Shown here piece after piece: positions 38,089-47,754 of a stretch of 64,000 nucleotides of DNA. The stretch is from a virus (Duplodnaviria > Heunggongvirae > Uroviricota > Caudoviricetes). Numbering within the stretch: the stretch's first letter is position 1; every line of letters starts with the position of its first letter. The translations under genes were made by a program, and so were the position numbers. The stretch lies in IMG/VR virus record IMGVR_UViG_3300024269_000002; one strand, 5' to 3'. Below the pieces are notes generated by a model. The model saw only the letters and a program-made list of their open reading frames with translations. It searched no databases and was not told where the DNA came from.

Positions 38089-38497
38089 CTTCCGTTCCTT
38101 CAAGGAATTAACTGAATCTACAGCACAATACCACAAAGATCTGTTAATTCTTGAAAACAATCTGAATGTATCTATGGAATCAAACTGGATGACGCGTATC
38201 ATGGATAGTAACATTCATGCGCTTTCCAGAGCATTTCATCCCGACAAAGACTTTGAAGGGTTTTGCTACCAAGAGCTAACCTCTGTGCAAGTAGAAAAGA
38301 TTGAGGAGTTCTTGCAATACCTGGTCTATACTTGGGATGCAGGCAAGGAGCCACCTGCGTTCATTGTTTATGAACGAACTCCTGCAATCGGAGCTCCTGT
38401 TAAGCTTGAATGTAGATCAATTGAAGATGCTTACAACATCATTGTTGATTTTGTTGAACATTTTCGAGACGATGTACTGTGGAGGCTTGAAGACTGA
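38081..38497 (+). CDS. hypothetical protein
   Basis: Overlaps the radical SAM stop codon. Confidence 0.6.
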   Translation: MINFRSFKELTESTAQYHKDLLILENNLNVSMESNWMTRIMDSNIHALSRAFHPDKDFEGFCYQELTSVQVEKIEEFLQYLVYTWDAGKEPPAFIVYERTPAIGAPVKLECRSIEDAYNIIVDFVEHFRDDVLWRLED

Positions 38498-38994
38498 TGA
38501 ATGTAATCTTTCTTGATATTGACGGAGTATTGAATTCACAAGAGACTGAGGAGCGTTGCAACGGAGTTATCGGTATTGACTCCGACAAAGTTGCACGACT
38601 TGCAAAAATCGTAACTTCTAACAATGCAATTCTGTTACTCACATCTTCCTGGAGACTCCACTGGTGGAAGAAAGAAAAAGACGATGACGAACAGTATCCT
38701 CTTGGAGAGTATCTCGATAAGAAGCTTGCGGAACACGGATTGAAGATCCATGATACTGTTCCGTATGCAGGCTTTGACAGAGGTAAGGCAATTCTGAACT
38801 GGCTCAATAACACTGACATTGTTGTTAACAAGTTTATCATACTTGATGATGAATTGTTTGACTACGGTGCTGAAGATGTTCGCTTGCTGGGACATGTTGT
38901 AAAGACATCGTTCTACAACAAGGATGGAGGACTTCAGGATCTTCATGTTGTAGAAGCAAATAGAAAGTTCAAGAAACAAGTTGATAGATCTTAA
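38497..38994 (+). CDS. HAD-family phosphatase (Swiss-army-knife RNA-repair type)
   Basis: IFLDIDGVLN, TSSWR and ILDD motifs. Confidence 0.8.
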   Translation: MNVIFLDIDGVLNSQETEERCNGVIGIDSDKVARLAKIVTSNNAILLLTSSWRLHWWKKEKDDDEQYPLGEYLDKKLAEHGLKIHDTVPYAGFDRGKAILNWLNNTDIVVNKFIILDDELFDYGAEDVRLLGHVVKTSFYNKDGGLQDLHVVEANRKFKKQVDRS

Positions 38995-39009
38995 CAGGTC
39001 TATTATAAT
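38981..39009 (+). promoter_or_regulatory. sigmaA-like promoter
   Basis: TTGATA-N17-TATAAT followed by GTAAATAA. Confidence 0.7.
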
Positions 39010-39036
39010 ATGAAATGTAAATAATAAATAGAGGAG

Positions 39037-39369
39037 ATGATGAAAATGCGTTACAAGTTCTACATCGGCGGTAACAAGGTTGTCTGTGTGTCTTCTTACG
39101 CAAAGCGAGCCGTTCGAGGTGTTGCTAAGTGTAACATGGAGCAGGACACTTTTGAGCCTGAAACCGGCAAGAAGCTTGCTCAGCTGCGCTGCGACAGGGC
39201 AATTGCTGTTAAGCGGCACAAGAGAGCAAGTGAACAGTATCTGGCTGCCATGAAGGCATATGAAGATGCCGAAAAGAACATGCTCAAAATGCGAAAGTAT
39301 TTTGAGGACTCTGGTGATGAGCTGGCTGCTGCCGATAAGGCTCTGACTGAGTTTGAATCCAGCATCTAA
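39037..39369 (+). CDS. hypothetical protein
   Basis: GAGGAG RBS; GVAKC...DTF...GKKLAQLR. Confidence 0.7.
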   Translation: MMKMRYKFYIGGNKVVCVSSYAKRAVRGVAKCNMEQDTFEPETGKKLAQLRCDRAIAVKRHKRASEQYLAAMKAYEDAEKNMLKMRKYFEDSGDELAAADKALTEFESSI

Positions 39370-39506
39370 TTCATGTATAACTAATTAACCGAATGAGGTG
39401 ACATAGAGCTCTGTGTAGTGCGAGCAGAGATAACTGAGACGGAAGGGGAGCCCGACAGCTCATGATTCCTACAACGCACTTATTCGGTTAATATCGCACA
39501 ACTTAT

Positions 39507-39589
39507 GCGGGTATGGTGGAATTGGCAGACGCGCCGGATTTAGGTTCCGGTGGGCAACCGTTCGAGTTCGAGTCTCGATACCCGCACCA
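39507..39589 (+). tRNA. tRNA-Leu(TAG)
   Basis: Cloverleaf, ccgga-tt TAG gt-tccgg, CCA end. Confidence 0.92.
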
Positions 39590-39899
39590 AATGTCCTGAC
39601 GACCGGGAAATCGGATGCCGGCATCTAACGGTGTATGAGTGGATTGATCCGTCACTCCAGGATAAACAACAATTTTTGCCATCTAGTTCCTGACAGGCTA
39701 GTGAGGATGTTGTCAGCATCCAAAAAGCGAGCAACTGCTTAATGAGAGCGCCGGACACCTCGCCCGTTGAGGAGGGAAATCCAGAACGCAAGGGCATGCG
39801 GAATGGTGCGGCAAGACTGTTGCCGATGGTTTGGAGTCAACTGCAGTGGCTCCCGACAACAGCAACTTGCCGTTAAACATTGTTAAACAAGAGGCACAT

Positions 39900-40076
39900 A
39901 TGAAATCAAAGAAAACGAAGTCATACATCGTTACCTGTGAAGTCGATATGTGTGCCGAGCACGAAGTCGATGTTCCTGTAAGAGCAACAAAAGAGTCACT
40001 TGCATGTAAGAAAGCAAAAGAAGCTCTACTTAACAGTGGGTACTTCATTCAATCCCACGCAGATGTAAAGAGGTGA
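39900..40076 (+). CDS. small hypothetical protein
   Basis: GAGG RBS before MKSKK. Confidence 0.45.
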   Translation: MKSKKTKSYIVTCEVDMCAEHEVDVPVRATKESLACKKAKEALLNSGYFIQSHADVKR

Positions 40077-40080
40077 TTGA

Positions 40081-40293
40081 ATGAAGTACACAAACAAGTG
40101 TGCTTATTGTTCTCGTAAAGCTGATACTAAGTGGCGTGGTGAACATTTCTGCAATGACTGCAAGAAGTTTATGCGTCGAAAGAAAATCAACAGCTTTATG
40201 GGAAAAGAGAGAATTGTTGGAGCATTTCCTGGCGTAAGTTGGGATCCGAAACCTCTTCCCATCTATAGAGACTTTCCTGTATATCTTAAATAA
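40081..40293 (+). CDS. small Zn-finger protein
   Basis: GAGGTG RBS; CAYC...CNDC. Confidence 0.55.
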   Translation: MKYTNKCAYCSRKADTKWRGEHFCNDCKKFMRRKKINSFMGKERIVGAFPGVSWDPKPLPIYRDFPVYLK

Positions 40294-40470
40294 CATGTAA
40301 TCAGGCCACATTGAAGGTAACTTGTTGCAGACATGATTCACTGAAGCATGTACTGTGTGCTTAAAAGTCCAGAATGACAAGCTAGTGGTGCAGTGACAGC
40401 CTTCACATAAATCATAGTTGATATTCTACATAGTTTCTATTAAAATATCAATGTAAAATAAATTAGATAT

Positions 40471-40561
40471 TGGGGTATCGCCAAGCGGTAAGGCACCAGA
40501 CTTTGACTCTGGCACAAGGTGGAAACACTGAGCGCTGGTTCGAATCCAGCTACCCCAGCCA
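40471..40561 (+). tRNA. tRNA-Gln(TTG) with unusually long variable arm
   Basis: ccaga-ct TTG ac-tctgg; extra arm cacaaggtggaaacactgagc; CCA end. Confidence 0.85.
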
Positions 40562-40665
40562 AAGGGTTCATCAATCCCTCCTACAGAGACAAGCGTCATG
40601 ACGAGGTATTGCACAGCAAAAATTGATGATATAGTGACACAAGTGCACAATGTTGTCACATATAT

Positions 40666-40745
40666 GCTCCTGTAGTTCAAGAAGGTAGAACACCGGACTC
40701 GTTAATCCGGAGGGTTGCAGGTTCGAGGCCTGCTGGGAGCAACCA
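40666..40745 (+). tRNA. atypical tRNA with 8-nt anticodon loop (Thr-CGT or Asn-GTT ambiguous)
   Basis: D and T arms present; ccgga-ctcgttaa-tccgg; ends ACCA. Confidence 0.6.
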
Positions 40746-41199
40746 GTTGTTTTTTCACTGCTTTGAAACAATTAAGAGTCCCAATGGAGTGGGCCAAGGA
40801 ACATCACAAGGAGTAGCTACCTTGTAGCTCTGTTCTACAAAGCACTTGGGCAGGTAGGGTTAGAATGCCAGATGTATTCGTTAGTCTCGAGGTAACGGAA
40901 CATTCCTACTGGCTTGATATCCAGTTCTCGTAAGTTTATCCATAGCTTCGCAATAGTGGTGCGCGCTGTTATGCATATAGAGCCACTCGAAGAGGTACAC
41001 AGGTTCTGAGACGTGAGTGTGAGAAACGAAGTAGACGAAGAACACAGGTAGATGCCTCCATGCAGTTGATCAGCCTAGACTGTATAAACAAATCCTTCAC
41101 ATCAAACGATATACTTGTATGTGGACTACAAGTCACTGTCCTGCGATGCTTACATGAAGGTCAGGACTGAGCATCTTTCGCAATATGTCCTGCTCATCT

Positions 41200-41275
41200 G
41201 ATCCGTTAGCTCAGTTGGTAGAGCAACGCCCTTTTAAGGCGTGGGTCCAGGGTTCGAGTCCCTGACGGGTCACCA
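41200..41275 (+). tRNA. tRNA-Lys(TTT)
   Basis: acgcc-ct TTT aa-ggcgt, CCA. Confidence 0.93.
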
Positions 41276-41476
41276 ATGCTACTAGTACAAAAATAAATCT
41301 TTTTCCTTGCTTTACCAAGGACAGGTTAGAAACCAGAAGACAGTATTCTCCCTCTAAAAGAGAGATTGTGGCTTACATCCACAGTAGCAAACCAAGCGGC
41401 TCAAAAGTTTGATAGTTGACTTTCCAAGGACTTGTGCTTGCATAGGACCTGTTTTTCGCAACTATCATTTTCATAT

Positions 41477-41553
41477 GCGGTAGTAGCTCAGTTGGCCAGA
41501 GCATCTGCCTTCCAAGCAGAGGGTCGCGAGTTCGAGTCTCGTCTACCGCTCCA
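41477..41553 (+). tRNA. tRNA-Gly(TCC)
   Basis: tctgc-ct TCC aa-gcaga, CCA. Confidence 0.93.
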
Positions 41554-41731
41554 TGCTCTATGGAGTATGCAACTTTAATCAAAAGAATTCAGTAATAGAG
41601 ACTTCGGGCGCCGATGCGTACGACGGCGCTTTATGTAAAGGTCATATTAGCAGGCTTAGAAGTGAGAAAAAGCTGAACGGCATTGATTCATTGGGGGTTG
41701 TGCATAGCTCCGCTTCATAGAGCAACCATAT

Positions 41732-41808
41732 CCAGATGTGGCTCAGTTTGGTAGAGCGCTTGCTTCGGGAGCAAGAGGCCGCAGGTTCAAATCCTGTCAT
41801 CTGGACCA
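41732..41808 (+). tRNA. tRNA-Pro(CGG)
   Basis: cttgc-tt CGG ga-gcaag, CCA. Confidence 0.93.
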
Positions 41809-41942
41809 GTCCTCACAATCTTGACGATGTATAATGGTGCTGAGTCGCGCTCAGTCTGTAGCATTCGTGACCAGTAAACTGGAACAGGTTAACAAGCATG
41901 CTGTTAACACAATGATTGTATTCTGTGAGAGGGCACCAAAAC

Positions 41943-42100
41943 ATGATTGAAGCAGTTATATCAGTTACTTCATATGATGAACAAAACCGCTGTCGAGAGA
42001 CGTGAAGGTTCGAGTCCTTCCTTGCTTCGGATAGGAGTAAGTGGTGAAAGTGGTAGCCACGGTGGTCCAAGACATACTGATATTGCACATTCTCAATCAT
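41943..42100 (+). ncRNA. Y-RNA-like cassette (distal copy) with permuted Leu-type tRNA body
   Basis: atgattga/tcaatcat terminal stem, GAAGCAG...AGTTACTTC motif, atatcagt/actgatat stem; internal variable arm, T arm, closed acceptor and D arm. Confidence 0.7.
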
Positions 42101-42106
42101 ACATAT

Positions 42107-42198
42107 AGGGGTGTCGCATAGTGGCGATTGCAGCGGTCTCCAAAACCGCCGAGTACTGATCATGCTCCACCTAGGTTCGAGTCCTAGCGCCCCTGCCA
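42107..42198 (+). tRNA. tRNA-Trp(CCA) with long variable arm
   Basis: gcggt-ct CCA aa-accgc; extra arm gagta-ctgatca-tgctc; CCA end. Confidence 0.85.
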
Positions 42199-42202
42199 GT
42201 TA

Positions 42203-42233
42203 GAACGGTAGCTTCGGTTACCGTTCATTTTTT
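42203..42233 (+). terminator. intrinsic terminator
   Basis: gaacggtagc-ttcg-gttaccgttc plus T tract. Confidence 0.85.
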
Positions 42234-42237
42234 ATAG

Positions 42238-42266
42238 TTGATTAAACAACTGTTAGATTATATAAT
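42238..42266 (+). promoter_or_regulatory. sigmaA-like promoter with AACTGTT
   Basis: TTGATT-N17-TATAAT. Confidence 0.75.
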
Positions 42267-42301
42267 ATGACTATAATAAATAAGCACATGGAGGGTATAA
42301 T

Positions 42302-42448
42302 ATGAAGTTTTCGTTCGAAGTGCATTACGTAGATCCTGAGAACCCTTGGAAGACTAAATTCAAGAAAATCAATGCCAACAACGAAGAAGCTGCAATCAAG
42401 AAGTTCAAGGTCAAGTATCCTGGACTTACCCCTCTGTTTGCACTCTAA
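42302..42448 (+). CDS. small hypothetical protein (48 aa, not in ORF track)
   Basis: GGAGG RBS directly after promoter; MKFSFEVHYVDPENPW... Confidence 0.6.
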   Translation: MKFSFEVHYVDPENPWKTKFKKINANNEEAAIKKFKVKYPGLTPLFAL

Positions 42449-42506
42449 GAACAAATTTTTGGGCGCCACCACTTGGCATAACAAATAAATACATGGAGGT
42501 ACTGTT

Positions 42507-43217
42507 ATGGATTATATTGCTCTTGAGGATGTTCGTCGTGTTATTCTGAAGCTTGAAAGTGAGCCTGCTTATCAGCATGAAGGAGAAGACTTCGGTGTCG
42601 GTGTTGCCACTCTGTCTCAGGAGATTGAAGATCTTCCCAGAAAGCAGTTTAAGAAAGGTTACTGGAAGGGTAAGCAAATGCAGCGCTGGATCTATGCTGA
42701 ATGTTCTGAATGTGGCACTGTTCATGATGTGCCCTCCAATTTCTGTCCTTCCTGTGGTGTGGAAATGGTGAGTAAGGAGCTCAAGATGGCTCCTGAAAAC
42801 AAGATCAGATTCAACGGTATGGTTAACGGCTGTCCCGCTTTCATCGGCACGCAGGCTCTTGAATTCAACAAGGAGCGTGCTATCGAGAAGCGTCTGGACA
42901 ACAACGAAGGAATCGCGTTCATTCGTCTGGCAAATCTGGATGGGTTTGCAACTTATGGTATCGAGCAGACAAAGGATTATGATTTCGGTCATGGCCCTGG
43001 CTACATCTGGGCAAGCAGAGCAACTGCTATGAATAAGATCTTCGATGTTTCTCTTATCGATGTTCTCTACAAAACTGAAAACAGCAGCACTTACAGCTGT
43101 TGCGCAATTGATCTTGTTCATCTGATGGAGCTCCTGGAAGATACTGAATACAGCGTCAATCCTGAGCGCAGAGTCGGTGGTGAAGACATCTACTACGATG
43201 TAAAGAAGAGGGGTTGA
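42507..43217 (+). CDS. hypothetical protein with Zn ribbon
   Basis: CSECG...FCPSCG. Confidence 0.7.
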   Translation: MDYIALEDVRRVILKLESEPAYQHEGEDFGVGVATLSQEIEDLPRKQFKKGYWKGKQMQRWIYAECSECGTVHDVPSNFCPSCGVEMVSKELKMAPENKIRFNGMVNGCPAFIGTQALEFNKERAIEKRLDNNEGIAFIRLANLDGFATYGIEQTKDYDFGHGPGYIWASRATAMNKIFDVSLIDVLYKTENSSTYSCCAIDLVHLMELLEDTEYSVNPERRVGGEDIYYDVKKRG

Positions 43218-43221
43218 GCAT

Positions 43222-43521
43222 ATGAAGGGTAAGAAATTTACTGCTGCAGAAAAGCACTTCCAAGAAAAGGAAGCAAAACTGCGAAAGGAAATGAACGACT
43301 GGAGAACAGTCGCTATCGAACGCGAAGAGGATATTGTGGAACTTGAGGAAGAGCTTAGACAAGCAAAAAGCACGATTGCACAGCAACAAGACTGGATTGA
43401 GCGACTGCTTCAGTATACGGAACTGAGTCTTGATGATATTAAAGCTGCTTGTGAGAAGGATAAGGCAATGGCAGCATGTGCAGACCTCCTTCTGGGAGCA
43501 AGTAGATTCTTCAGAGTCTGA
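43222..43521 (+). CDS. coiled-coil hypothetical protein
   Basis: GAGG RBS. Confidence 0.65.
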   Translation: MKGKKFTAAEKHFQEKEAKLRKEMNDWRTVAIEREEDIVELEEELRQAKSTIAQQQDWIERLLQYTELSLDDIKAACEKDKAMAACADLLLGASRFFRV

Positions 43522-43538
43522 TAAAGGAGAACATTGTT

Positions 43539-43841
43539 ATGTACAAAGTACTCGATGTAAGAGAATACAACAAGATCGGTAAGTCATACTGGTATCATGG
43601 TTACGGAGGTAATGGTGGTGAGCTCAGTATTTCTCAGCACCTTCGTGTTGTAGTTATTGCTGAAGAGGTTGAAACTATGCAACGTGCTAGATTTGAGTTC
43701 TTCGATGCATATGTGTTTGAATTCGGTGGTAAAGCACATTTCGGAGGCTACCTTGGTGACTTTGCACTTCTAGTTCCTGGAGATTACTTCGAGCTTCAAG
43801 ACACTGTTGCTCAGAAGAGGGTAGTCATCTGTAATAGTTGA
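43539..43841 (+). CDS. hypothetical protein
   Basis: AAGGAG RBS. Confidence 0.65.
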   Translation: MYKVLDVREYNKIGKSYWYHGYGGNGGELSISQHLRVVVIAEEVETMQRARFEFFDAYVFEFGGKAHFGGYLGDFALLVPGDYFELQDTVAQKRVVICNS

Positions 43842-43866
43842 TAAAACAACAGTTATCATATATAAT
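43838..43866 (+). promoter_or_regulatory. sigmaA-like promoter with AACAGTT
   Basis: TTGATA-N17-TATAAT followed by GTAAATAA. Confidence 0.75.
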
Positions 43867-43901
43867 CATAGTGTAAATAAGCACAAGGAGTTGAGTTCTT
43901 T

Positions 43902-44072
43902 ATGAAAAGAACAAGCTGGGTAGTAGCAGTTCGAAGAGACGGTGCATGGAGTGAAATGGAGTACCTCTGCACTTATGCATGTTCTGCACAAGAAGCTGTT
44001 GACTGGGCTCGGTATGAACTCTGTGTGTATGAAGTTTGCACTTGTTTCAAGCAAGTAAACAACTGGACTTAA
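43902..44072 (+). CDS. small hypothetical protein (56 aa, not in ORF track)
   Basis: AAGGAG RBS after promoter. Confidence 0.5.
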   Translation: MKRTSWVVAVRRDGAWSEMEYLCTYACSAQEAVDWARYELCVYEVCTCFKQVNNWT

Positions 44073-44095
44073 GAAGTTAGGGGGAGGCACTAACT

Positions 44096-44368
44096 ATGAT
44101 TACTTTCCGTGAATGGCATCAGTTCAATTTTGTCGACAACAAGCTCATGGACAATTTTGGCGATATCTACATCAAGTTGTTCCGTAAGAAGTCTTTCAAG
44201 ACTGAAGACCGATGTTTCTGTCAGCTGATGAGAGTGGATGACGCTCTGAAGCTCTTTGGAAACTACCCGTTAATGAAGATCAATTTCCACACTGAAATGA
44301 GAGAATCCAGCATAGAGTACAAAGCATTGTGCGCTCTTATCTGTATGGAGGATGATAACAATGGTTGA
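44096..44368 (+). CDS. hypothetical protein
   Basis: GGAGG RBS. Confidence 0.6.
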   Translation: MITFREWHQFNFVDNKLMDNFGDIYIKLFRKKSFKTEDRCFCQLMRVDDALKLFGNYPLMKINFHTEMRESSIEYKALCALICMEDDNNG

Positions 44369-44702
44369 GGGTAAAGTTATCAAGTTCGGATACGGAACCG
44401 TTTGTGTCGGAAGCAACTATCAAGGTCAAGTTACATTTCGTTCTATCAGACCTCCTCAGGAGGTTGGCAGTGGCATTGTCTACAACAGAGACATCGAATT
44501 TTTCAATGACATGATTGGCATCGACATGCTGAAGAATTACCACTTGCTCAAGAGCCAGCTTGAAAATCTTCATAATCCTGCAATCATCGTCATCGATGGA
44601 TACACTCTAGATTTTTCAAATTTCAATCGAAAGAGTGTCGAGGTTGTGCTGGATCATGCTTACAGTGCATACTACAACTATCTCAGACTCTGTGCATGTT
44701 GA
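44361..44702 (+). CDS. hypothetical protein
   Basis: GGAGG RBS. Confidence 0.6.
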   Translation: MVEGKVIKFGYGTVCVGSNYQGQVTFRSIRPPQEVGSGIVYNRDIEFFNDMIGIDMLKNYHLLKSQLENLHNPAIIVIDGYTLDFSNFNRKSVEVVLDHAYSAYYNYLRLCAC

Positions 44703-44715
44703 GGAGGTAGCAACA

Positions 44716-45207
44716 ATGTTTGAAAAGGTTAACAAGCTTCTGGAAGAATACATAGGTGGTCAGATCTTTTTCACTGAGCTGGATAAGGCTGTAAAGTTCG
44801 ATTCTTACATCCTTGGTCAGCTTGTGGCTGCCGTAAGAGGAGAATTTGGTGAGGATGTGTGTACCATCGCAAGTGGGGAAATCGGTCTGGCTATGCACAA
44901 CATGGGAGTTCCCGTTGACTTCCTTGTTCCCGGCGGCCTGAGACACGATCCCTCAAAGATCAATCTGGAGCCTTTCAAAAAGAATATTGAGGGCAAGCGT
45001 TTCGTATTCATTGACGACTCTTACTTCAGTGGAAGAACTGTACTGGTTGTTCGTGAAGAAATTGATCGTCTTGGTGGCATCTTCCTTGGTACATATGTTG
45101 CATATGATGGCTCCAAGAATAAGGAATGTGATGTTCATGCTCTCTACAGATACTACGATTATCATGATGTACTCGGCAGACCTTTGAATACTAAGGAGGG
45201 CAAGTAA
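44716..45207 (+). CDS. phosphoribosyltransferase-fold protein
   Basis: FVFIDDSYFSGRT PRPP-binding loop. Confidence 0.75.
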   Translation: MFEKVNKLLEEYIGGQIFFTELDKAVKFDSYILGQLVAAVRGEFGEDVCTIASGEIGLAMHNMGVPVDFLVPGGLRHDPSKINLEPFKKNIEGKRFVFIDDSYFSGRTVLVVREEIDRLGGIFLGTYVAYDGSKNKECDVHALYRYYDYHDVLGRPLNTKEGK

Positions 45208-45515
45208 TGAGGAAGAGACTTGAGCGTTACATTCAGGAACGCAACTTCAATATTACTACAGAAGAACTCAAGGACATGACTCGAATTGGCATCTTCTATG
45301 GATTCAATAACTACTCGTGCAGTGTACAACATATTTTAGAATTAGCTGAAGCTGTAAGACAAGAGTATCCCAACATCGTCAACGATGATATGAACATCTG
45401 GTATGTTGAACGCTCGCAATCAATTCGTCACGCAGGATATACAACTTTGTATGTTTCAATTCCTGTTGAAGATTTCATTCGACTCAGAATGAATCATGAA
45501 ATTGGAATTCTGTAA
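45207..45515 (+). CDS. hypothetical protein
   Basis: AAGGAGG RBS. Confidence 0.6.
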   Translation: MRKRLERYIQERNFNITTEELKDMTRIGIFYGFNNYSCSVQHILELAEAVRQEYPNIVNDDMNIWYVERSQSIRHAGYTTLYVSIPVEDFIRLRMNHEIGIL

Positions 45516-45533
45516 ACTGGAGGTAAAGTTAAT

Positions 45534-45899
45534 ATGGTGCACTTCTATACTGAACAGGAATATGGTTACTTTGCACATATCGATGATGTTGGTAATCTTG
45601 TAATCAGTTATCATGCCCCTCGTGAAGGTGGTGTTCTCTGGCATGGTCTGTACAAAGGAGAGAAAGACACTCCTTACATGGATGAAATTAAAAAAGACAA
45701 TCCCAAGCTTTACAAGCGGATTGTGGAATACTTTGAACGTGGTCCGATGGAAACTCCTTACACAGCGGCAACAGTTGCTCAATGCTCTAACTTTACCAAT
45801 ATGGAAAAATTAGAGAGAATTTTCAAGATGCAGCGTCATTCTATTTACCAGAATCACATTGAGCTTTATCATGTATTAAGTGAGATGTTTGGAGGTTAA
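45534..45899 (+). CDS. hypothetical protein
   Basis: GGAGG RBS. Confidence 0.6.
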   Translation: MVHFYTEQEYGYFAHIDDVGNLVISYHAPREGGVLWHGLYKGEKDTPYMDEIKKDNPKLYKRIVEYFERGPMETPYTAATVAQCSNFTNMEKLERIFKMQRHSIYQNHIELYHVLSEMFGG

Positions 45900-45900
45900 C

Positions 45901-46515
45901 ATGGAATCAATTCTTCTGAGTATGAGACCTGAACGATGTGAGGAGATTGTTAAAGGAATAATCACGCTTGATATACGAAAGAAAGCTCCAAGAATTACAA
46001 CTCCGTTCAAAGTCTACATATACTGTACAAAGCCTCGGCGCGTAACTTCCGATATTGTAACAATAGGTCATGTTATCGGTGAGTTTACTTGTAAACATGT
46101 TAGTAGATTCCGACACATTCTTGGATCCGATTGGCGAGGCGGTATAAAGGATACTTATGCAATGTCTTGGGAAGACGTTGTCAAGACAGGTATGACTCGC
46201 TGGCAGTTGGCAAACTACGGATGCGGTAAGACACTCTATGGCTACGAGATATCAGATCTTGAAATCTATGATACACCGTTAGAACTTTATAACTTCTATC
46301 TCGCGAAGGCTCCTGAAATGAGTGACCTTGAGGAAGAATTGTGCAGCTATTGTAGCGCAACTGAATACGGTGAACATCGGGAGTATCATACACCGAATGG
46401 CGTGTACATGTGTGAGGGAAGACACTGCTCTGAAGCGTATGATGAATTCCTTGAGGAAAACTATCAAGTAGTACATGCTCCAAGAAGCTTCTATAAGGTA
46501 AAGGTGATTGAATGA
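45901..46515 (+). CDS. ASCH/PUA-like domain protein
   Basis: ILLSMRP...IRKKAP...VYIYCTK...VIGEF...APRSF. Confidence 0.65.
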   Translation: MESILLSMRPERCEEIVKGIITLDIRKKAPRITTPFKVYIYCTKPRRVTSDIVTIGHVIGEFTCKHVSRFRHILGSDWRGGIKDTYAMSWEDVVKTGMTRWQLANYGCGKTLYGYEISDLEIYDTPLELYNFYLAKAPEMSDLEEELCSYCSATEYGEHREYHTPNGVYMCEGRHCSEAYDEFLEENYQVVHAPRSFYKVKVIE

Positions 46516-46949
46516 CTGCGGAAAATACAATTCAATGGATGATGGATTTCTATCCAGACATCTACCCTACTAGAAAGCATTGCTTAAATCAACTATTCTG
46601 TGTTATCGGAAATGGTTACAAGTGGAAGAATGGCGAACTTGTTGACACTGATCCTGACGAGTTTGCATCAAGATATAAATTCAAGAAAAACATTCAACGA
46701 GCAGAAAGTAAACATGAAGAACGCTGGGATGAGATGCGGTTGTGGCATGAGTCCTGGAGACAAGTTGATCCCACACATCAGATTCCATTTCAATACACGT
46801 TTGAATGGTATCCTGTGACAGAAGGATATTCCTATGTTGTGAACTTTCCTGAGGACATAACTCCAAGTTGGAAAGCTGCACTATTGGAGTGTAGAGAACT
46901 ACTTGCTATTGACGGAGTTGTCGTAATACTTGAGGAGGTATCAACATGA
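46512..46949 (+). CDS. hypothetical protein
   Basis: ATGA overlap. Confidence 0.6.
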   Translation: MTAENTIQWMMDFYPDIYPTRKHCLNQLFCVIGNGYKWKNGELVDTDPDEFASRYKFKKNIQRAESKHEERWDEMRLWHESWRQVDPTHQIPFQYTFEWYPVTEGYSYVVNFPEDITPSWKAALLECRELLAIDGVVVILEEVST

Positions 46950-47290
46950 CTGATCAAGAAGCGTTGAAAGTTATCAGCGGACATCCAAACAGCATTGATG
47001 AATTCACGCAAGCAGTTTTCATAGCAGCGAAAAGATTGCAAGAATGTCAGTGGTATCCATATGATCCAGACACATTTGCGGATGTGTATCGTCCGAGTTT
47101 TGGAATGAAGATGATTCTTGGAATTCGATATGATGATGGATCTTGTGGTTCAGTTGACGGACTTGTTGTCTATGATGTAATGAAACAATGGAAACTTGTA
47201 ATCGCAAAAGACAGCCGAAGTCGATATACAGATACAGCTGTAATTGAAAAATTCATGAAATACCCACAGTACAATGAAAGCCAACTGTAG
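46946..47290 (+). CDS. hypothetical protein
   Basis: GAGGAGG RBS. Confidence 0.6.
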   Translation: MTDQEALKVISGHPNSIDEFTQAVFIAAKRLQECQWYPYDPDTFADVYRPSFGMKMILGIRYDDGSCGSVDGLVVYDVMKQWKLVIAKDSRSRYTDTAVIEKFMKYPQYNESQL

Positions 47291-47310
47291 AAATATGGTT
47301 GGCTTTTTAG

Positions 47311-47339
47311 TTGATTATCTAACTGTTATCATATATAAT
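47311..47339 (+). promoter_or_regulatory. sigmaA-like promoter with AACTGTT, just after a terminator-like hairpin
   Basis: TTGATT-N17-TATAAT; preceded by aaagccaact/ggttggcttt. Confidence 0.75.
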
Positions 47340-47376
47340 GTTAGTATAATAAATAACAGTTAAGGAAGTGCATCTT

Positions 47377-47739
47377 ATGTTCAAGTTCGATACTTATGTT
47401 CCTGCTTCTGAGATTTGGCCTACTGCTGAAGATCATATTGATCATGGTGTTGGAGATGGTGCATCGGAGATCGTTCGTGGCTACAATGTTGAAGTTCGTA
47501 AACTTTCTGATGGTTCCTTGCATTGGTGGAGTTGTGAATACACTCTGGCGTGGACTCCTGAAGAGTGCTTCCTGGATCCATTCCATCAATACATGTGGAA
47601 AGACTACGGCGTCGAGCTCACTGGTAGAATCTGCTTCAGAGGTTACGGATTCGAGGAGTATGACTTTGAAGAACACGAACATGTTGTTCGTCCGATTACC
47701 GATGATCATGCTCTGAAGATCATCAACAATGCAGCTTGA
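47377..47739 (+). CDS. hypothetical protein
   Basis: First gene after promoter. Confidence 0.65.
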   Translation: MFKFDTYVPASEIWPTAEDHIDHGVGDGASEIVRGYNVEVRKLSDGSLHWWSCEYTLAWTPEECFLDPFHQYMWKDYGVELTGRICFRGYGFEEYDFEEHEHVVRPITDDHALKIINNAA

Positions 47740-47754
47740 GAGGAGATAACAGTT

